Position numbers and translations under genes: made by a program
Part shown: positions 7,024 through 16,116 of the stretch, piece by piece
Layout of the letters: each line of letters opens with the position of its first letter
Position numbering within the stretch: the first letter of the stretch is position 1
Virus record (IMG/VR): IMGVR_UViG_3300048854_000134
Location: 5,225 to 69,224 of that record
Length of the DNA: 64,000 bases
Reading direction: 5' to 3' (one strand)
Source of the DNA: a virus
Taxonomy: Duplodnaviria; Caudoviricetes
The notes under the pieces: generated by a model
What the model was told of the DNA's origin: nothing
Seen by the model: only the letters and a program-made list of their open reading frames with translations
Databases searched by the model: none

Positions 7024-8408
7024 TCGTCGAAACCTTTGCTGACTCGGCCGGCAGGCACGCGCGGTGCCGAGGCATAGCCCGGCGCCAAGTCTGCAAACTT
7101 TGAATGCTCACCAATGAACGCGAGTCGTACGTGACCGATCTCGCCGTTGCGCTGCTTCGCAATGATCACTTCAGCGGTTCCGCGATCCGCAGTGTCCGGG
7201 TGATAGACCTCATCGCGATACAAGAAAAGAATCGTGTCGGCATCCTGCTCGATAGCACCTGAGTCGCGCAGGTCGGCCATCGTCGGACGCTTGTTAGGGC
7301 GTTGCTCGACGCTCCGATTGAGCTGGGCGAGTGCGACTACTGGCACACCAAGTTGCTTCGCCAGTCCCTTCAATCCGCTCGAGTAGCTGGCGATGCGCAA
7401 ATCGTTCCGTTCGTCCGGACCGCCAGTCATTAAACCGAGGTAATCGACGACGATAAGCTTCAGCCCATGCCTGCGTTTGATCGCGCGACTACGGTTGACG
7501 ATTTCCATGAGCGTCATGCCTGAGTCGTCGTCGATGAAAAGCTGCTGGTCCGCAAGGACCTGCACGGCGTGGGTGAGGCGCGGCCACTCCTCGTCAAGGA
7601 ACTTTGAACCGTCCTTCACGTGGCTCAGCGGTATGCCACCCACTCGCGCAATGTTTCGTTGCGAGAGCTGCTTCGATGGCATTTCCATAGAAAACACGAG
7701 CACCGGACCTTCTTTGTCAACGACGTGCCCGGCGACACACATGGCAAAAGCCGTTTTACCCATCGACGGGCGCCCAGCGACGATGACCAGCTCACCGCCG
7801 TTCATGCCGCCGTCCAACTTGGCGTCGAGATCCGTGAACCCCGTGCTCGTAGCGGTGCTGCCGGATCCGTGGAACTGCGCGTCCATCTCTTCGACGATCT
7901 GCGTGAGATCGCTGCTTGCGAGCTTCGGCTCGTTCGATCGGGATTCGCCAAGCTTCATGAACCGTTGCTGCGCAGCGTCGATGATCTGGTCGACCGTGCG
8001 GCCTTTCGGTGCGAATGCGCTCGCGCTGATCTCGTCGGCGATCGCCACGACCGTCCGCAGCTTCCATCGATCCACGACAATCTGCGCATAGCGAGCAATA
8101 TTCGCGGAGCCGGGCACGCTTTGCGCCATCGTGTTGACGTAAGCAAGGCCACCAATTTCCTCAGCTTTGCCCATCGTCGCGGCCATCTCGAAGACGGTGA
8201 GGGCATCCGCCGGTCGCCCTGCTACCAGCAATCGCGAGATGTACTCGAAAATGATTCGATGGTCGTATCGGTAGAAGTGCTCCGGGCGCAACTCGCCCAG
8301 GCGATCGATAGCATCGTTGTCGACCAGCAGCGCACCGATGACGGATTGCTCCATCTCGATCGAGTGCGGCGGTGGCGCTAGTTCGTGAATTTCGTGTGGA
8401 GCGTTCAT
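7020..8408 (-). CDS. dnaB: Replicative DNA helicase DnaB
   Basis: AGRPSMGKT, FSMEM, VVDYLGL, LAQLNR, LRDSGAIEQDAD, KQRNG. Confidence 0.97.
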   Translation of the reverse strand: MNAPHEIHELAPPPHSIEMEQSVIGALLVDNDAIDRLGELRPEHFYRYDHRIIFEYISRLLVAGRPADALTVFEMAATMGKAEEIGGLAYVNTMAQSVPGSANIARYAQIVVDRWKLRTVVAIADEISASAFAPKGRTVDQIIDAAQQRFMKLGESRSNEPKLASSDLTQIVEEMDAQFHGSGSTATSTGFTDLDAKLDGGMNGGELVIVAGRPSMGKTAFAMCVAGHVVDKEGPVLVFSMEMPSKQLSQRNIARVGGIPLSHVKDGSKFLDEEWPRLTHAVQVLADQQLFIDDDSGMTLMEIVNRSRAIKRRHGLKLIVVDYLGLMTGGPDERNDLRIASYSSGLKGLAKQLGVPVVALAQLNRSVEQRPNKRPTMADLRDSGAIEQDADTILFLYRDEVYHPDTADRGTAEVIIAKQRNGEIGHVRLAFIGEHSKFADLAPGYASAPRVPAGRVSKGFDE

Positions 8409-9484
8409 ACCGTTTCTCTCGTGAACTGGCCGCCCTTGACCTTGGTGAATCCATCACGGCCGATCAGCCAATCGAATCCGCAACGGGGAGGTACGTCGAC
8501 GCGATCCGCGACCCATGCGAAATAGCGTTTCCAAAAGTCGGGGTCTTTGCGATGGAAGGTCAGGAAGTCGTCGATAAGGCTTGCGCGGTTTTCCAAAAAC
8601 AACGTCGAATCGATGCGCCCGAGCCGATCGCCAAGCGACGCGTTGAATGCCTCGATCACCGCAACCTGCGTCGGCGTGTAATCGACCACAAGCTCGTCTT
8701 GCCAGCACGCTTTGTTGAGCCAGACCGATCCGTGTTTGATGAATCGCTTGTTTTTCCATTGCTCCGAACGCCTCGCAATGGCCACTGCTGCCAGCATGGT
8801 TTCCAGAAGATCGTCATCCGGGTTGATCTTCGTGAATGCCTTCAGAGCGTCCTGCTTTTCGGTTTTCCGGGGATATTGCTTCCAGAAAATCTCAAAGCGC
8901 TCGCGAAGCGAACGCGGGAAGATGTTTGTCTTTTGGTAGTTGTCTTTTGAAGGGTTGTCTTTTGTGGTTACCGATTTGGTAACGGGGGGGGTTACTGATT
9001 TGGTAACCGGGGGGTTACCGATTTGGGAACCCCTAACAGGGGTCTCAAGGGTTACCGAATCAGTAACCCTTGGCACGTCCGTATGACCTGGACTCGATTG
9101 CTCGGGGGTTACCGATTCAGTAACCCCTTCAGGCGTTTCGATACGCGGTCCGGGGGTTACCGTTTTGGTAACCCCTATCCACAATCGATAATTCTTGTTG
9201 ATGCCGAGACGGTGGCCAAACTTGCCCTGTTCGCGCGACAGAATTCGACGGCTGACCAGATCGCGGATGGCGACGCTAACGTGCGCTTTGGCGATGCCAG
9301 TCATCTCGGCGAGCTGACTCAGGCCGATGTCATCGTCCTTTTTGTTGAAGCCGTAGGTTTTGCGAATAACAGCCATGACGACAGCCCACTGACGTGCAGT
9401 TAGACCTGCATTTAGAAGTGCATCTAGAAGCTCGTTTGCGAGCCTCGTGTATCCGTTTTCGAGTTGCGGTGATGCTTCAGACAC
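8405..9484 (-). CDS. Replication initiator (lambda O-like)
   Basis: LENGYTRLANELL..RKTYGFNKK.D.I..SQL N-terminus; internal iterons; upstream of DnaB. Confidence 0.9.
   Translation of the reverse strand: MSEASPQLENGYTRLANELLDALLNAGLTARQWAVVMAVIRKTYGFNKKDDDIGLSQLAEMTGIAKAHVSVAIRDLVSRRILSREQGKFGHRLGINKNYRLWIGVTKTVTPGPRIETPEGVTESVTPEQSSPGHTDVPRVTDSVTLETPVRGSQIGNPPVTKSVTPPVTKSVTTKDNPSKDNYQKTNIFPRSLRERFEIFWKQYPRKTEKQDALKAFTKINPDDDLLETMLAAVAIARRSEQWKNKRFIKHGSVWLNKACWQDELVVDYTPTQVAVIEAFNASLGDRLGRIDSTLFLENRASLIDDFLTFHRKDPDFWKRYFAWVADRVDVPPRCGFDWLIGRDGFTKVKGGQFTRETV
8966..9175. repeat. Replication origin: six palindromic iterons inside the O gene
   Basis: GGTTAC-N7-GTAAC type copies at about 8966, 8990, 9013, 9049, 9106, 9153. 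Confidence 0.85.
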
Positions 9485-9497
9485 GGATTCGCCTTAA

Positions 9498-9677
9498 TCA
9501 AAGCCGCGATGGCTGTTCCTCGGATAACACCTTCTTTTCGTAAGCCTGGAGCTTGCGAATCGCGTCGCCTGCCATCCACTGGAATGGCGCCAGCGTCTGG
9601 CATAACTCCATGCGATGTAGCAGCTCGGACACCTCGGCGAGAAGCGGGTCGGCGTGAAGGGTTTCGTGGACGCTCAT
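9498..9677 (-). CDS. Hypothetical 59-aa protein (MSVHETLHADPLL...)
   Basis: Manually translated; ATGA overlap with the upstream stop; AGGAG RBS. Confidence 0.6.
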   Translation of the reverse strand: MSVHETLHADPLLAEVSELLHRMELCQTLAPFQWMAGDAIRKLQAYEKKVLSEEQPSRL

Positions 9678-12211
9678 ACGGTTTCTCCTGCGTCAACCTG
9701 CTCGAAGTCGAACAGCGATGGCATCGACACCTCGCGTTCGGCAGATTTGAGGTAATGCACGCCATCGAGGAAATAGGCGGAGTTAAGTTCGCTGCCGGCT
9801 CCCCGGCGCCCTTTCAGGATCGCGCGGTAAGGCACCGTCATCAGCCCGGCAAACGGGTCGTACACAAGATCGTCGGGGTTGCTGTACCGCTCAATAAGCC
9901 GGTCGACGATATCGAACTGCAGCGGGCAGACGTGCTGCTCGACCGCGCGTTTCGCCTGATCACCGTTGAGGGTGCGCATCCGATTTACGTCGTGCCAAAC
10001 GTCGTCGGCATAGCTGCCGGGCGCCAAGCTCATAAAGGTGGAGGGGAGCGCACCGCGCGCGTCCAGCTCTTCACCGATGCGGACGTGGAATTCGTGGTCG
10101 TAGACGTTCGCCATGGAGTACTGCGTGAACATCTTGGCCAGCTTTGCAGGGCCATACGTCGCCATTTCCTCTGCGGTCAATGACCGGTCGCCGCTCGAGC
10201 GCCAGAAGGCGTGTGCGTCGGTTTGCCAGCGCGCCCGGGTGTAGTCGGACTTTTCTTTCTTAACCGGGGAGTCGGCATACCCGCGACTGCGATTCGACTG
10301 TGGCTTGCGAAAAAGCAAAACGTACTCAGGCGAGCCGACGCCCATCTTCGTGCCGTCCTTGCACTGCTCCGACCAGCCGAGGCGGTATGTTTGGTTGTTC
10401 TCGCGCACGACGTCGGTGACGATCGTGATCATCCCCATGTAGTCGAACCCATGCCGCTTTCCATGGAACAAAGCTTCAGCATGGAACGGACTGACGGTAG
10501 GCGCGCCGGCGCCAGTGACGTTCCCGAACAGGATCCGATCCTTCACGTGGCAGCAGTAAAGACGCCCAGGTCGCAGGATGCGTAGGAGCTCCGGCGTCAG
10601 GAAATCCATCTGCTTCCAGAAGTGCTCATTACTTTCGGTGTGACCGAAATCGTTGTAGCTCGGCGAGTATTCGTAATGGTTCGCGAACGGGATCGAGGTG
10701 ACGATCAGATCGACTGAGTCAGTGCCCGTGCGTTTTGCTTCATCGACGCAATCGTTATTGGCGACGGCAAACCGATCTCCGCGCGCTTCGATGCGCTCGA
10801 CGCCAATTGATCGAATGAGTGCGTCACGCATTGCCAACTGGTTGAGTCCAAATTCCCGAATGATTGCGGTCATTTTTTCGCTCATCTCGATGTGCTTCTG
10901 CCATTTGCCTTGCAGCGTGCGCAGTACTTCGCGCTCGGATTCCGTGTGCACGATGTCAATGCGAACCGGCTTGGTTTGACCGAAGCGATGCACGCGGTGA
11001 ATGGCTTGAATGAAGTCGTTGAACTTGAAGCCGACGCCAGCGAAAATCTCGCGATGGCAATGGCGCTGCAGGTTGCAACCGGATCCGGCGATGATCGGTT
11101 TGGTTGACAGGATCGGGTGACGGCCGTCGCTGAAGTCGACAATGCGCTGTTCGCGTTCGTCCAGTTCCTGTGAACCCCAGACGCTCACCGCGCGCGGAAT
11201 GACCGACTGGATCTCGTGACGCTCGTCTTCGAGGTCGTGCCAGACAATGAAATGATCGTCCGGGCTTTCTGCGATGATCTCGGCGGTTTTGGCAACGCGT
11301 GCGCCAAGGCTGTCGCGCTTCTCGCTGGCTGCTGCCGACAATCCCATCGCAACGTCGGGGATCAAAAGCCCCTGACCCATCTTGTCGGCGCCTGCCGCGG
11401 AGTAGTCGCTCGACACTTCGTGATATCGAACATCCAGATCCGGGAGGTTGTAGCCGTCATCGGCGTGGCCCAAGTCGCTGGGACGCTGAATGAATACCGC
11501 CCAGCTGGCCACCCACAGCCAGAATTCCTGTTCCTTGTGCGGGTAGAGCGTCAGGTTCCCGGCTTTCTCGCTGTCGCGCTGGAAGAAGCGCGTCAGCGCT
11601 TGGCCGCTGTCCATCACGCCGAGAAACGCGGCGTAGTGAATGAGTTCTTTGAAGCGGTTAGGGCTTGGCGTCGCAGTGTTGACGAACTTGAACTCGGTCG
11701 TTGCGAACTGGGGCAAAAATTCTTGAAACGTTTTGCTTCCGTAGCTGCGCAGAACGCTTGCTTCATCGAGGCTCACGGCGCGGAACCGCCGCGGATCGAT
11801 CTTCCCCTCGCGCACCGATTCATAGTTCGTCATGTACACAACGGACTCGTCGTCGATCTCGGCGTCAGTTCGAACGAAACGTAGATCAATAGCGAACTCG
11901 TCGCAAAACCGAATTTCCGCTTCCCTCCGAAACTCTTGGCGCACACCGAGCGGCAGGATGATGCAACGAAGACCGGGGCGATGAATGCCGATCTGGCGCA
12001 TCAGTTCGAGTTGCGTCGCGGTCTTATGCAAACCAAAAGAAGCGAAGACAGCGCGACGGCCACCTTGCAACGCCCACTGAACGATGTCGCGCGTATGCGG
12101 CTTGAGATTTGGATTGATCGCGTCGAGCGGCACGTCGAAACCGTCGTAGTGCGCCATCCGCACCTTCGCTTCGAGGAACGCCCGGTAATCGGAGGGAGTA
12201 GGCGTATTCAT
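9674..12211 (-). CDS. SF2 (SNF2-like) helicase fused to a beta-class amino-DNA methyltransferase
   Basis: GLHKT, DEAS, TATP, QAIHRVHRFGQ helicase motifs; TSIPF (motif IV variant) and DPFAG (motif I) MTase motifs; start at ATG 12211. Confidence 0.9.
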   Translation of the reverse strand: MNTPTPSDYRAFLEAKVRMAHYDGFDVPLDAINPNLKPHTRDIVQWALQGGRRAVFASFGLHKTATQLELMRQIGIHRPGLRCIILPLGVRQEFRREAEIRFCDEFAIDLRFVRTDAEIDDESVVYMTNYESVREGKIDPRRFRAVSLDEASVLRSYGSKTFQEFLPQFATTEFKFVNTATPSPNRFKELIHYAAFLGVMDSGQALTRFFQRDSEKAGNLTLYPHKEQEFWLWVASWAVFIQRPSDLGHADDGYNLPDLDVRYHEVSSDYSAAGADKMGQGLLIPDVAMGLSAAASEKRDSLGARVAKTAEIIAESPDDHFIVWHDLEDERHEIQSVIPRAVSVWGSQELDEREQRIVDFSDGRHPILSTKPIIAGSGCNLQRHCHREIFAGVGFKFNDFIQAIHRVHRFGQTKPVRIDIVHTESEREVLRTLQGKWQKHIEMSEKMTAIIREFGLNQLAMRDALIRSIGVERIEARGDRFAVANNDCVDEAKRTGTDSVDLIVTSIPFANHYEYSPSYNDFGHTESNEHFWKQMDFLTPELLRILRPGRLYCCHVKDRILFGNVTGAGAPTVSPFHAEALFHGKRHGFDYMGMITIVTDVVRENNQTYRLGWSEQCKDGTKMGVGSPEYVLLFRKPQSNRSRGYADSPVKKEKSDYTRARWQTDAHAFWRSSGDRSLTAEEMATYGPAKLAKMFTQYSMANVYDHEFHVRIGEELDARGALPSTFMSLAPGSYADDVWHDVNRMRTLNGDQAKRAVEQHVCPLQFDIVDRLIERYSNPDDLVYDPFAGLMTVPYRAILKGRRGAGSELNSAYFLDGVHYLKSAEREVSMPSLFDFEQVDAGETV

Positions 12212-12576
12212 GCCGCGCGACCCATAGCCTGCTGAATGAATTCGCCGAGCATCTTGGCGCTTGCGGCCTTGTACGCCTCGCGCTCTTTCCGTTCTTGAAT
12301 CTCCAACCACTGGCGCGGGTAGTCGCACGCCGTGATCATGCAGAACTTGTAAAGGCGTTTTGCGGGGAACGGCCGCCGGCCGGTTACCAGGTCAGGGAAG
12401 TGCGGATAGTGGATCCCGCAAAGCTTCGCCATCGTTTTACGGTCGAACCGTTTCATGCCGAATTCGAGCGCGGCCGCTAGCGTCTGCTCAAAGGTCATCA
12501 TCTCGATCTCAACGTCAGGGAGCTTCGCGGGTTCCTGATACATCGCGAACATCCGCATTTCAATTTGCTGGTCCAT
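12208..12576 (-). CDS. CII-like HTH transcriptional regulator
   Basis: HTH-like RKTMAKLCGIHYPHFPDL; position downstream of cro. Confidence 0.7.
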   Translation of the reverse strand: MDQQIEMRMFAMYQEPAKLPDVEIEMMTFEQTLAAALEFGMKRFDRKTMAKLCGIHYPHFPDLVTGRRPFPAKRLYKFCMITACDYPRQWLEIQERKEREAYKAASAKMLGEFIQQAMGRAA

Positions 12577-12731
12577 TTTTTTGCCTTGTTATAGCGACAA
12601 TTAATCGTTACCCACTTAAAAACACACTTGGTTACCCACATGCAGCAGGGTTCAAATAAAGGCACTACTTCGGATGCCATATGAACCCTGCCCAACCAAG
12701 CCAGCCGACCCGTTCGACTGCTTTCACTTAT

Positions 12732-12757
12732 AAAAAAACCCGACCCGAAGGCCGGGC
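12732..12757 (-). terminator. tR1-like terminator
   Basis: GCCCGGCC-TTCG-GGTCGGG hairpin followed by T7. Confidence 0.75.
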
Positions 12758-12803
12758 TAAACCGCGCGCCACGGGGTCGGCGCGAGGAGACCACCGTTTG
12801 CGT

Positions 12804-13112
12804 TCAGGCTTGTTCGGCCTGGACACCAGATTCGTTATGAACACCGACGCTGCCGGCGATGCTTCCGGTCGGCGCGGGATTAGCGCGCACGTACGCCCAG
12901 TCAACCTTGGTGTTGAGCTCTTCGCACGGCTCACCGGTCAGCTTCTCGACCGCAGGGCAATGCTCGGCCGGGACGCGACATTGGCGGCGCCATTCTTGAA
13001 TGACCTGATAGCCGGACAAGTTCAGCGCGCGTGCCATTGCAGACAGCGAGTCGAACGTCGCAATAGCGCGTTCAAGGGCGGCATTCATCGGTTGCGGCGT
13101 CGGTGTGTTCAT
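12804..13112 (-). CDS. cro: Cro/YdaS-like repressor
   Basis: SAMARAL..GYQVIQEW..VPAEHCP.VEK.TG...EEL...VDW pattern; divergent from cI. Confidence 0.85.
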   Translation of the reverse strand: MNTPTPQPMNAALERAIATFDSLSAMARALNLSGYQVIQEWRRQCRVPAEHCPAVEKLTGEPCEELNTKVDWAYVRANPAPTGSIAGSVGVHNESGVQAEQA

Positions 13113-13114
13113 GA

Positions 13115-13190
13115 CTAGGGATTCTATGCTAGAAAATCCAGTAATGCTAGAAATTCCTGTGGTGACACAAGAAAACCTAGCGAATACGAT
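13115..13190. promoter_or_regulatory. OR region: three 13-bp operators, pR and pRM
   Basis: CTAGAAAATCCAG 13129, CTAGAAATTCCTG 13147, CAAGAAAACCTAG 13168; pRM GTGACA-17-TACGAT; pR TAGCAT-17-TAGAAT on minus. Confidence 0.75.
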
Positions 13191-13197
13191 CCCGCGC

Positions 13198-14154
13198 ATG
13201 TCTATACACAAACGAATCAAAGACTTGCGTGAACAGCGAGGCCTTTCAATGCAGGCCTTGGCGAAACTCGTCGGCGTGTCTGCATGGCAAACAATTCAAC
13301 AGTGGGAGCGGGAAGACGGGACGGCGCCGAAGAGGGAGCGTTTGAAGGCTGTTGCCGACGCCCTTGGAACCACCGATGCGTACCTGATGTTCGGTACAAC
13401 GGAAGACGTACCGGACGAACGAAGTAGAACCGACGCTGAAGAAGCGGTAGCCGAACAAAAATCTGTAGACGCGTTGATAGCCGCAAAAGGCGATCTTGGA
13501 GCACGTCTTCAAACGATGGTCGGTGAAACCGGCGCGACCTATGAAGGAATCGCGCATTTACTGAACGTCACGCCTAGCGTGATCGACGGTTGGCTCCTTG
13601 GCCCCATAAAGAAACCGTTCACGCTAGATCACGCGGTGAAGCTGCAGGAGAAGTTCGGTTTCAATGCTGTTTGGTTGTTCGCCGGCAAAGGTGAGCGCAC
13701 ACCGGGCGCGCGCTATAACGACGAGTACCGCCCCGTACCTCTAACAAAGTGGAAACCCGTACCCGTGGTTGGCATGGCGCAGTTAGGCGATCACGGCCAC
13801 TGGGCCGACCTTGAATATCCCGTGGGGTTCGGAGATGGCTTCGTTGATTTTCCGACGCGCGATCCGAACGCATACGCGTTGAAGTGCGAGGGCGATTCGA
13901 TGCGCCCACGGATCCAGCCTGGCGAGTTCGTAGTAGTTGAGCCGAATCAACCAGTCGAGCCGGGTGACGACGTTCTAGTGAAGTCGAAAGACGGCCGCGT
14001 TATGGTGAAACGCTTTCTCTATAAGGCGCAGGGCCGGGCGCATTTGATCTCCGTGAACGACGCCCACGCACCGCTTTCATTTAAGGATGACGAGATCGAG
14101 AAAATGCATTTCGTACGGGCGATCTGCCGTCCGAGCTCTTGGCGACCTGAATAA
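13198..14154 (+). CDS. cI: CI-like repressor with two HTH domains and an S24 peptidase domain
   Basis: N-terminal XRE HTH, second HTH about aa 100-165, GDSM.P and VKR catalytic Ser/Lys. Confidence 0.92.
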   Translation: MSIHKRIKDLREQRGLSMQALAKLVGVSAWQTIQQWEREDGTAPKRERLKAVADALGTTDAYLMFGTTEDVPDERSRTDAEEAVAEQKSVDALIAAKGDLGARLQTMVGETGATYEGIAHLLNVTPSVIDGWLLGPIKKPFTLDHAVKLQEKFGFNAVWLFAGKGERTPGARYNDEYRPVPLTKWKPVPVVGMAQLGDHGHWADLEYPVGFGDGFVDFPTRDPNAYALKCEGDSMRPRIQPGEFVVVEPNQPVEPGDDVLVKSKDGRVMVKRFLYKAQGRAHLISVNDAHAPLSFKDDEIEKMHFVRAICRPSSWRPE

Positions 14155-14194
14155 GTTTCTGTAACTAAGCCGCTCGAAAGCGGCATCGGGGGAT

Positions 14195-14662
14195 GTGATG
14201 GCTGTACTGATTTGGCTTTTTCTTTGGATTTGCTTCATCGTTGCGACAGTCTCAGTCGCGAGAGCTAAAAACCGCAGTACGGGTGCTTGGGGTCTTGCCG
14301 CAGCATTTTTCGGGATATTTGCTCTTATAGCGGTAGCTTGCTGTTCCCGCTTGCAGACGGTCGCAGAGATGACCGCGAATCAGGAGAATGATCCTCGCAA
14401 CACGAAGGTTTGCCCGCGTTGCGCTGAGAAGGTAAAGGCGGCCGCCCTTGTGTGTCGTTTCTGCCAGTATGAATTCGATCCGTCGACCGTACGCGCTGCT
14501 CCCGAGCTCCCTTGGACGCTAGTTAAAGACCATGGCAACGGCTACGGTGTCTATACATATCGCAAAGCCAAGCTGGTCTACAGCGAGCGCGGTGTTAAAT
14601 GGAAGACCAGCACCTTCGACAATCCAAAGCAGGCGATCGCTGCTGTCAACGCATACGACTGA
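14195..14662 (+). CDS. Membrane protein with zinc ribbon (immunity-region accessory gene)
   Basis: Two hydrophobic N-terminal helices; CPRCAEKVKAAALVCRFCQYEF. Confidence 0.8.
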   Translation: MMAVLIWLFLWICFIVATVSVARAKNRSTGAWGLAAAFFGIFALIAVACCSRLQTVAEMTANQENDPRNTKVCPRCAEKVKAAALVCRFCQYEFDPSTVRAAPELPWTLVKDHGNGYGVYTYRKAKLVYSERGVKWKTSTFDNPKQAIAAVNAYD

Positions 14663-14873
14663 TCGCCGTAGCACCCGAACACCCGCATTGACTCGGTCAA
14701 TGATAGGGTGTCATTGCAGCGCGAACACCTGACGGCCGGTCGACTAACCATCTCGACCGTTAGGGCTGCATTCCTCCGAACCCAATACCCATCGCCGACT
14801 TCCAGCCGTGTTGCGTGCGCGCGACCGTTGGCTAAGTGCGAAAAAAACACATCGAAAAAATTTTGCGGTCTAT

Positions 14874-14916
14874 CACTAGTTTTTCTTGCATTACTAGTTT
14901 TTCCAGCATATATTTC
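14874..14916 (+). promoter_or_regulatory. pL/OL: promoter with two operators
   Basis: TTGCAT-17-TATATT overlapping CTAGTTTTTCTTG and CTAGTTTTTCCAG. Confidence 0.8.
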
Positions 14917-14962
14917 GTTCAACGCAGCGCGAACAGCGCTTCAAAACAGAACGAGACCAGCC

Positions 14963-15145
14963 ATGAACACCAGCCGCTTGATCACTTGGATTGACAGCCA
15001 TGACCGACCGGAGCCGACGATCGACAACGGCGACGGCACAGTGATCGTGGCGTCGGAAGCAATCTTGGCGGGTGGCCAGCTGGTCGTGGAGCGCGAGGTC
15101 ATTCCCGCAACGATGTCTGCTGCCCGTGACCTGCTCGGTTACTGA
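14963..15145 (+). CDS. Hypothetical protein, first gene of the pL operon
   Basis: 60 aa, ATG 14963 just after pL. Confidence 0.7.
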   Translation: MNTSRLITWIDSHDRPEPTIDNGDGTVIVASEAILAGGQLVVEREVIPATMSAARDLLGY

Positions 15146-15154
15146 GATTTGATC

Positions 15155-15337
15155 ATGAACGAATTCAAGCCGCTTCCAATTATGCGCCTCGCTTCCGACA
15201 AGAAAACCGTGTTGTGGGCGCCGGGCAACTTCGTGCGTGACGACGCGGTGTTCTATCCGGACGCTTGGAAGCAACCGATCGCCAGCATCACGCGCCATGC
15301 GATCGAGATGGTGATGGATCTGCAGCCGAAGCGATAA
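15155..15337 (+). CDS. Hypothetical protein
   Basis: About 60-aa ORF in the operon. Confidence 0.6.
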   Translation: MNEFKPLPIMRLASDKKTVLWAPGNFVRDDAVFYPDAWKQPIASITRHAIEMVMDLQPKR

Positions 15338-15353
15338 GCAAAGGAGAGCAGGT

Positions 15354-15515
15354 ATGGCGTTCCGCAAGTTGAAGCCGGTCTTGGTGGATCAGATGGACTC
15401 ACACGATTCGATGTTGTTCGCGGATCTGCCAGATGAACCACTGCGGTACGTCGCAGACGACGACTGCTCGGATTGGTATTTCGACCGGCTCGAAAAAGAA
15501 GCCGAACTGATTTGA
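15354..15515 (+). CDS. Small acidic protein (53 aa, MAFRKLKPVLVDQ...)
   Basis: Manually translated; AAGGAG RBS. Confidence 0.6.
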   Translation: MAFRKLKPVLVDQMDSHDSMLFADLPDEPLRYVADDDCSDWYFDRLEKEAELI

Positions 15516-15527
15516 AGGGGAAGGGTG

Positions 15528-15641
15528 GTGAGGAACGTAACAGATGCGCAATGTCGCGATGCAGACCGGGTGAACCGCGCTGTCAGCTATGCGCTGGGAC
15601 TGATTTTTGTGGTGATGCTCGCCGCTCCTTTCATCCGTTGA
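15528..15641 (+). CDS. 37-aa single-TM micro-protein
   Basis: GTG start after a purine-rich RBS; YALGLIFVVMLAAPF. Confidence 0.4.
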   Translation: MRNVTDAQCRDADRVNRAVSYALGLIFVVMLAAPFIR

Positions 15642-15692
15642 TTTTGCAGTACCGCCGCGTGACGGGTTCGCGCAAATTGAGGAGATCAAGAA

Positions 15693-16112
15693 ATGAAACG
15701 CAATGCAATCGCAACAGCAGTAGCAGTACTGGCACTCATCGCAGGCCACGCACAAGCGGCCGACACGTTTAGCTTTTCGGGCGGTTTCGGATCGTCGGTC
15801 GATACGTCGGGTGGCTCGCAGGCATCCGCCGGCCAGAACGGTAATGGTTTTTCGCAGCAGGAATCGAACAGCGCTGGCGGCGGCTTCGCAGCTGGTGGCA
15901 CGGCGATCGGCGTGGCGGGCGGTGTGAACACCTACGGTGGCGTAGCGGGTGGCGTGTCTGCGTCGGGGACCTATACGCAGTCGACGAGCATCGCGAACGC
16001 TGGTGGATACACATCTGGCGATGGCTACGGTGCCAGCAAGTCAGGCAACGGCACGGACGTCGCCTCGTATGGCTACACGAACCTCGCTGGCTCGTACAGC
16101 TTCTCCCACTAA
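15693..16112 (+). CDS. Secreted Gly/Ser/Ala-rich protein (signal peptide ending AHAQA-like site)
   Basis: GAGGAG RBS; Sec signal MKRNAIATAVAVLALIAGHAQA; low-charge mature part without Cys. Confidence 0.85.
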   Translation: MKRNAIATAVAVLALIAGHAQAADTFSFSGGFGSSVDTSGGSQASAGQNGNGFSQQESNSAGGGFAAGGTAIGVAGGVNTYGGVAGGVSASGTYTQSTSIANAGGYTSGDGYGASKSGNGTDVASYGYTNLAGSYSFSH

Positions 16113-16116
16113 AACG

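Noticed and set aside
8966-9175. Spaced palindromic repeats resembling a mini CRISPR array
   Set aside because: They lie in-frame inside the O gene, with irregular short spacing and no cas genes; they fit replication iterons
14662-14870. Possible gene or sRNA between the membrane gene and pL (CATTGAC/GTCAATG hairpin; 114-aa minus ORF)
   Set aside because: The minus ORF starts within the pL region and overlaps the upstream gene; one short hairpin is too little support
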